NCBI GenBank assembly: GCA_964035545.1
Contig: OZ037769.1
Location: 8,103,929 to 8,167,928 of the forward strand
DNA from: Bugula neritina
Lineage: Eukaryota; Animalia; Bryozoa
Direction of reading: 5' to 3'
Length of the DNA: 64,000 bases
A program made the position numbers and the translations under genes. Positions 55,494-64,000 of this stretch are shown piece after piece (positions within the stretch are counted from its first letter, which is position 1; every line of letters begins with the position of its first letter). The notes under the pieces are model-generated. The model made no database searches. It saw nothing but the letters and a program-made list of their open reading frames with translations, and was not told where the DNA came from.

Positions 55494-55989
55494 TACATAA
55501 TACCCGAAATCAAATCCATTTATTCAATTCATCAAGCTGAAAAACCAAGAATAATCAGAAAGACAGTAAAATCACTTTCTAGTAAAAACAGCTTTAGATC
55601 ATAATTGTTGGGTTCAGCTCTTAAGCTAAGACACCGATGCACTGAAATACGAAAAAGATCAGCATACTTTTGACTGTCACAAAATTTATTTTACGTGCAA
55701 CAGACATTTTAAGGTCACCCGCCACCCGCGCAGGAACACGTTGGTGAAAGGTGACCAGATATTTTAAGGTCAATCAAATTCAAGCAAAGTTCATCGTCAT
55801 ATTGCTTACTGCTTAATGCTGCAGCTTATTTTTGCTTACCAAGTTTCTTTCTGCAGAATAATTGTAGCTAGCTTCTCGATTTGCCATCTTTATTCCAGTC
55901 CAGGTTCAAATGACATCTTGATCGTTGCAAATATCCATGCAAGCTAAAAAATATTTATCAATCAGTACAACAACAGAAATACTTACAAT

Positions 55990-58900
55990 GATCCAAATAT
56001 TACTATTACATTACTATAACATTACACAGTAACACTATGTTTATAATTGTAATACGGAAGCATGACTTTGTGGTAGTTTGATATGCTATAGCAAAAGGTA
56101 GAAAAATCAACTGAAAAACCGACAGAAATAATCAAGTACAATTAACTAAAGTAAATAAACTTACTGAATAGTAAATATTTTACTATACTTAGTGAATTGA
56201 TTTACTTCCACTAGGTTTACTTTCATGATTAAATGCTTCTGTCTATTTTCCAGTTTATAGGAATATATTAAAAGTGAAACCAGTTATAATTACTATTACC
56301 TTATCTAGTTTTGACTATATATTTTTCACAAATATAAACATAGTTATATGCGTATTCCTATTGTGACTGCAGATACCATTGCGGTAACTGAAATCAAACT
56401 TCATTCTACTTCAAGTTTCAAACATTGTCCTAGTTCAAAGACTAACAAGTGAATAATTAATAACTGTGAAAGCTCCAATAAGTTACTTCATTATTAAATA
56501 AGATACAACTGATTCTACTGTATATGATACTATGGTATCTGTATTAAATTAAAACATAATTATGAAAATCAAAAGTTGTATTTTGAGCACTTATATTATA
56601 GTAATTAAATTAACAGCTTAAAATAGGCACATTAAACCATGATTGGAACTTTTATCCATTTATCTTTATAATTATATTTATTCTTTATTCTGAAAGTTGA
56701 CCCAACACTGGTAACAAAACTAAAAGTAATTGATTAAGTATGATTTATTCTTACACACTTTACCATTATATTTAGTCTTCCTGACTTTCAGTCTGTCATA
56801 GTGATTACTACTATATGAAAATGACTTTGACTTAGGAGTCATAATTATAGTCACAGTGTTGATAAGTCAACAGTGTAGGATTAACACAGCACTAGACTAG
56901 TACTACCTCCAGCTTTCAAGTTTATGTTAGGGTATCTCTAAGACTAAAGGGAAACCCTAATAATGTAAGCAAAGAGCAGTGAGTAATAAGCATGCTATTC
57001 AACTTCAAGTTTCACTATTACTATAACTAATACCACATGTATTTTAATAAAATTATGTAGCTGGTGAGTGAACTATAAAATTAAATAGGGATCAAACTTT
57101 GAGCAATATTAATAGAAATAATATTAGGACAGAGGTTTCCAATTATTAGTATGTGAAACCAAAGGGGAATGGATAACTACTATTAGTATTATTACATTTA
57201 CTTTATATTTAGTTTTACCAGTTCGTATTATGATTATCTTACTTTGAATTGTAAAGTATAATAATTATAATATTCATAGTAGTATATTTATATTAGTAAT
57301 TAATATGTATATTAGTAAAAACATTTGTTTTAAGTTGCTTGTTTATTAAAGTATTCTAAATCCTAATAACGATAATCTTAATATTAGTGATAATCATTAT
57401 GCTCATCACTGTCCCCAAGTGCTATCAGTATGACCATCGCAATGTGAACCTAGACGTGAATGTAAAAAGGCACTGCAAAACAGAACATGGGATGGAGGCA
57501 GATATCCAAACCATAATACAAATATCGATATTGAATTTGATAATCATAATAATTATACAAATATAATGATAATAACTACAATGATCAAAAATACATAATA
57601 CCAAAGAGTTTTCGAATTACTATTCATAAAATCAAATATCACATTTATAAAGATATAATCATATCTATTATTGAATTTAAGTCAATTATACTAATAGCAA
57701 TAGTAATATAAATAGAAAAAAGAATCATTGACCAGGAGTAGGTGCAAAATAAAAGTCAATTTTAAGACAAAGAGTAAGAAAAATACTAAATCGATATTTA
57801 AAATTACTTATTTTTAATCTTAGTCACTTACAGTCAGTCTTAGTTTAATTTTTACTACTAAGTCTTTAATTTCCAGTTCATTTTGACAATAAACTTGAAG
57901 ACTTTAACTAAGAATATGTATAATTCAAAATTCCAAACTGGTACAAGTAAAAGTTGCTACTGAAACTTTGTAATACTATTTTAAATTATTGGTATGATAG
58001 CATTATATTTTGATTCATAGCAATATTGATAGTGACAATTTCAAACATACCCATACCATTACTGTTACAGTTTAAGTTACTATTGGCATTGTGATTGCCG
58101 GTAATGAGTAAATATAACTTAAATTTATATGACTATTACTATTACTATTAGTATTACTATCACTTTCAGTACCGGTCTAGTATCAGTATCACCTTAATTC
58201 AAAATCAATGTATAATTTATCAAATTATTTTTATATTATCATTTATCAATAATATGTCTATCACTATAATATTATCATGATATTGATTTTTAATTTAAAC
58301 ATAATAAAATCATAGGTATAATCATAATGATAATCATAATGCTTAATTTTACTTTTAGGTCAGGTTCAATGATTTAAGAGTAAGTGAAAGTTACTATAAC
58401 TATTGCCATTGTGATTGCTAGAAATAAGTAAATATAATTTAAATTTATATGACTATTACTATTACCAACACTCAGACTTACTCGGACTCACTCTGTCTCT
58501 AACTCTAAGTCTGAGTCTCACTCCACCAGAGTGAGAGTGACACTGAATTACTATAACTATTACTATTAGTATTAGTATTAGCAAAATATATCAACCTTAT
58601 GATTATCTTATTAGTTATTACAATATGTTCGGCATTGATGTTGAACTAAAAATATTAATAGTTATTACAATCACAATGACATTGACAATGCCAATATGAA
58701 TATGATCAAAGACAAATGATTCCAAGCAGTTTGAGTTGAAGGTAAGTTATAAGTTGAAGTAGTACGTAAGTGGTAGTTGATACTGATACTATCAGTGATA
58801 GGTCTATACTCCATACCAATGAACTCAATAATATTACCTATATATTACCATAAATTATATTACTATTAGTATTACCTATAATTAAAACATATTATTTCTT

Positions 58901-60830
58901 TTCCAGCTCAGCGCTCTATACCCTCTACTTAGTCTAATGCCGCGCACATGACGAGAATGTGAGGTGAAGGTCACTCACAGCTAAAATCGCCAAGGATCTG
59001 TAATCCATCACTAGTAGTAGTAGTTCTAGTAGTCGTACTACCAGTAATCTGGCTTCGCTATGGCACTACGAATTGAATGTTGACAAGACGCATGCATGTT
59101 TGCTGTTGGTAAACTAATTTTTACTGAATTTTAATCATGCTAAGGTGCAACCTATTTTCTAATGAAATAATAATATATTCAATAATAATATTAATATAAT
59201 AAATATAATAATTATCATTATAATATTAATAATATTAATATTTTATCATTTAATTTTATAACTTTTACTTTTAGTTTTAGTATTTTGGTTTTACATCAAA
59301 ATTTACATCAAAAGTTACATCATTATGATTATCATTATAATTACAAAATGAAAATAATTATCATTAATCATTACGGCACTGAGTGATTACCTTTTAATTT
59401 ATGATTATAATTAATGTTAGAATTACCACAATTACAATCATAATGATAATGGCATAATGCCAATGATAATCCCAATCGTAACACTAATAATAATAGTAAT
59501 AGTCAAACTCAAGGATTGAGCCAATGATTCAGATTGTCTAAATTTAATTAAATAAATTTCAGCCTTGGGTTTAACTTTACAGTTCACAATTTTATTTTAC
59601 AGTACGACTGAGAGTCACAGTAACTGTAAGACTAAGAAAAGGAGTAAGTCATACCTTTCTTGCAGTTATTTTCAAAGTTTGTAGTTGTACTAGTACAGTA
59701 GTAGACCTAGTAGTAATACTAGTAGTAGTAGTAGTAACAGTACTATTAGTAGTAGTAGTACTAGTACTAGTTTTAGTACTAGTATCAGTGGTAGTAGTAA
59801 TAGGACTGCGATCTTAGATGTAAGTCTAATGAAATACGAATAATAATAGTATAAGTATAACTTTTACATATTTAGTTTTACTATAAGTGTAAATATAATG
59901 AGTAATAGTAAAACTCAAAGTATATACATTAACTCAGTTTAGCATCAATGATAAAATATAATAATTATAATAAAGTAATATGATCACCATTACGATTATA
60001 ATTAAAATTCTTAGTAACACTTTTATGATACTCAGTTTAATTTATTAATATTAATTATTAGTTTGGCTACCACAAATAACTAATAAGTGCTACTATAGGT
60101 AACTGTAAAGATAAGTATAAATTTAACTATAACATAGACTACCAGCAATAATAATATATCATATTGATATTAAACTATAATATATGGATAATGCAAATCA
60201 TAGATCATACCTCATGATAATTATTCCTAATGATCTTACTTTTTATATGCTGATGCTAATAAGTAGTAATTTTAAATTTGATAACTCATGAATGATGAAT
60301 AAGATAACAAGAATAATACTGGACCTAGTAATATTATTAGTCCTACTACTAGAATTTTATTATCTTATATGTGTAATACGTTTCTTTTAGTAATACTGCT
60401 GGTCAAAGTTAGTGTTAATCATATTTATAGTTAAATGTTGAAGGAATAAATTAGTTCATAACATAAACATTGCACTATGTGAATATGAAATTTAATATGA
60501 ATATCCCAATTACACTTGCTGTTGCTCTTTAGAGACTAGAGTTATAACTTATAACTATGATATAATAATGAATACCATTATTTTAACTAATCATATTACT
60601 CAGCTAATGTTAATGATAACTGTAAGTCTAAAAACCATTACGGTTATAGGTATCACTGACTAATATTATTAATAATATAATCATTCGTTTTATACTTGTA
60701 CCTATATTTATATTTATACTTATACCTATTTTTATACTTATGATCATATCTATACTTTCACGTATGCTTGTACATTTTACTCATAGTATCAGGGTGGCCA
60801 TCGAAAAGTCATAATCGATATGCTAATCTA
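55990..60830. other. AT-rich low-complexity region with cryptic (TAN)n/(TAG)n triplet repeats
   Basis: Dense tacta/tagta/ataat motifs, (TAG)n at ~59690-59800, no ORFs, and an internal ~75 bp duplication (58075-58150 / 58398-58465). Confidence 0.65.
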
Positions 60831-60875
60831 ATAATAGAACCAACTGCACTAATATAGTTGTATATTATTATTATT

Positions 60876-63820
60876 GTTGATTGACCGTAGTTTTTTAGCT
60901 GGTGTAACCTTTTACCATTGGCCTAGTTATACTAGGCTGAAATGGATAGAACTTTCCTCAGGATGTGAGCTTATCCTGATCCTAGTAAGGGTGTCTGCTG
61001 AATTAATGAGCATTTGTTTTCAGCTACTCCAAGTAGTGTCAGCCAGTCTACAATCTTGTATAAACCTCCAAAGGCTCCAGTTACAACGGGATGACTTTTT
61101 TGATGTTTTCCAAAGGCGGGTTTATTCTAGTGCTAAATTCTGATATTTTCCTAACTTTTCGAATTTTTTTCTTTTACTCTGTAGTCAACAGGGACTGTGA
61201 TATCAATTATCGTTGTTTCAGCATTATGCTTGTCAACTACTAATATATCGGGTCTCCTAACTTTGATGACTACGTCAGTGTGTATGTTAAAATCTTACAA
61301 GGTTTTTACATTATCATTTTCCAGTACTGATTCTGCTTGATGGCTGTACCAATTCTTACTTTTCTGAAACCCACGAAGTTCACACAACTACTATTGAAAT
61401 TATCAATGCCAAAAGGTTGTGTTTTTTCTTATATTCTCCTTCTGCTACCTTCTCAAACTCACTCAATACGTGCATCGAAGTTTTGTCTCTTGTGTTACAC
61501 ATTCCACACTTCTTGCTACCCTGTTCTTTCATCATAGCCACTTTATAATTTCTAGTAGTGAATAGTTGATCTTGCGCAGCTGTCAGCAGTCCTTCTGTTT
61601 CCTTTTTCAGCCAACCATACTTCAACCAGTTCCAGGAAAATGCTTTCATGTCTTCCACCATTTTGATGTATTGACCACGTGAAGCTTTTCTTTACACTTA
61701 TCAGTTCTTTCTATCACTTTATCATTATTTAGTTCTACCGCCGTTTTGTCTTTTAGGAAGGTATTCAGTGTAGTGTTTCTATCAGTCTATGTTATATTTA
61801 TGTAGTCTGACATGCTGCAGTTTTCAATCTTTATGCATTTTTCAGTTGACAACATTCTTCTACTGCCTTCCCTTCTGCTAAAATACAGCCTGCCTACATC
61901 TGCTCTCGGATAGGGTACACGGTTTGTTGTCATTAGCTTCCTTGTCTTTCAGTCCATATTTTTTAGCTCATGAAACAGTTCAGTCAAGTATTCTAGCTGT
62001 GTAATGCACTGCTGTTACTGCCCATGTGTTTATTGCTTTGATTGTGTTCTCACCATTCAGTTTTGAATCCAGAACTTTTCTTATTTGTTTGTAGTACTCC
62101 TTGATCTTATTTTTCATTTCATATATTTGTATTCTATCAATCTCAAGAACTCCTAGATATTTATACGGCTTCTCACCCAGATCTTTGATTACCTGTTCAT
62201 CAGGCAAACTGATTCCTGTGTCCTTGATTTTCTTTCCCTTTCTCATAACCAGTGTGGCACATTTTTTAATCCAAATTTCATTTCTATATCCCTTGTGAAG
62301 ATCCCGGCAGTGTTTACCAAAGCTTCCAGTTCTGACTTTGATTTCCTATTTACCTTCAGGTCATCCACATATAGGAGATGGTTTGTTTTCTGTCTCGTCG
62401 AAATTTGCATCATTGAGCCGCTTCTGTCATGCGAATCGGTAATTGGAGAAAAGGGATAGAGATAAAGAGTCTCCTTGGAAAATTCTTAGTTTGATCTTTA
62501 TTTCTCCTATCTTTTCTTCCAGGTATTTCAGTTGTGTTTTCCAGGTTTCATGCTTTTTCTTATCAACCTTATGACATTAATTGCTATTCCAGTTGTGTGC
62601 ATCGTTTCTAAGATCTAATTTCCTTGTCTTTACATATGCTCCAATTTGTTGCTAACTTTATTTAGTCATTCTGCATTGGTATTATTTTTAGTTGGCTGAC
62701 CCCATATATTTTATCGGAATGCTTTTGATTTCCTTGTCAGGTGCCTCTTTAGATGTACGTATTCATTTCCTCATAATTCTTGATAAAAGCGCTTATCATT
62801 GTAAACATTGTGTTCTGATTATATTGATCAACTCATTCTGTATATCTGTTTATCTTCTGGCTTACAGCTCTCAGATTTTGCTTCAGTTTTTCAATCACTA
62901 CACCACACTCTTTGTTCTTTATCCTATATTTTTCTTCAACCATTCTTCTCAATGAATCATTGTAAGCTCTACTTTTTCACTCTGCTATTTTACTTAAGTC
63001 TGATCTAATATCTTTTTATTTCTTCTGCAGTCGTATTTTCCATACTTGTACATTGTCAGTTTTTCTTTTTCCTTTTTGTTACACACTTGTTCTGTTACTA
63101 TTTTTCGCACAAGCCATGGTGGTGTTATTAAGCTCAATGGTATTAATAATCTCAACACAGTTTAGCACATCATTAATCTGTTTTACTGCCTGTAGTAATT
63201 TGACCCTCTCAATGTGCCTAAGGGCTCTTAGTGTTGGTCGATCATTAGATAGTTTGTTATGCTCATTTATAATTTTTCTACTAACACTTTTTCTACCTCT
63301 GAACTAGGTACTCTTAAAATTCTCATGGCTGATTTATATGCTATCTCATGTTGTACTATAACATCCTCTATTTGCAAATTTAGCTCTTCATTATCTTCTT
63401 CACCAATTGATGTGCCTAATTTTTGCAAGGTTCCTTCTTCAATCTTATGGAGTTCTTCTTCCATAAAATGCTTGTGTTTTTTCATAGTTCTTGCTTAATC
63501 CGCTAGTCTCTATTCGCTGATGTTAAACTCTCCTCTGTTTTCCAGCGTTTGCACATTCTTTTTAAATAATTCTTTGATCCGGGTCTACAGAGCTCATACA
63601 TTGTTTTTCTATAACCTCTCAATTTGGGTGTACTTTTGAAGCAGCATTTCATGACAACTTTGTTGTCTTCTCTTGAGTATCTTCTTCTAGTTGTGCCATT
63701 AACGGATTGACGGCCGTAGGTTGCCTGGTCCTCCACATACCCACTGCCAGACGAGACATGCCATGTTTAGTTAGACATACCATTAACGTCGTTGGCTTTA
63801 TTAGTTCTATTTTAATGGAT
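60876..63820 (-). mobile_element. Decayed Dong/R4-type (RLE) non-LTR retrotransposon
   Basis: N-terminal RRRYSREDNKVVMKC..RGYRK.M; RT remnants (IFQGDSLS, HLLYVDDL, YKYLGVLE, NTIKAINTWAV); KETEGLLTAAQDQ, CGMC zinc knuckle and RRPDILVVD RLE motif. Flanked by (TAT/TAA)n runs at ~60862-60875 and ~63823-63850. Confidence 0.82.
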
Positions 63821-64000
63821 CATATTATTATTTTTAATTATTATTATTATCACTATCAGTAGCAAATAAATAATGTTATATTTGTTATTAGTTACTACTT
63901 ATAGAAATTGAGTGCCACAGCTTGAGGGTTATAAAGTCAGTCTTAGTCAATGTAATGGGGATGCTGATACTGACATTTGGCTTCGAGCTCATAGTTAAAT

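Overview
AT-rich, intron-containing invertebrate (metazoan) genomic DNA with long (TA)n tracts. Hand-splicing the exons (GT-AG boundaries, all phases consistent) gives a cluster of three PAN/Apple-domain genes that the ORF track only shows as fragments. (1) A 14-coding-exon minus-strand gene (2677-12356, 628 aa) encoding signal peptide + PAN/Apple + Cys linker + three tandem CTHRC1-C-terminal-like domains, with no collagen Gly-X-Y repeat. (2,3) Two 5-exon signal peptide-PAN-PAN-F-type lectin paralogues (346 codons) placed divergently in the arms of a ~19 kb inverted duplication (18121-36968) bounded by (TA)n. The right-hand copy has its start ATG changed to ATA. The rest is mostly transposable elements: Penelope-like retroelements of two groups carrying five minimal type I hammerhead ribozyme motifs; an apparently intact Kolobok-type DNA transposon (TTAA TSD, 663-aa transposase); a pogo-like element (TA TSD); a decayed long-TIR element with a nested RTE fragment; Gypsy gag-protease remnants with a hAT-like MITE; a decayed Dong/R4 LINE in TAA-rich flanks; tRNA-like SINE heads; and a low-complexity tract at ~56-60.8 kb. 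Family and domain names come from motif recognition by eye; no searches were run.
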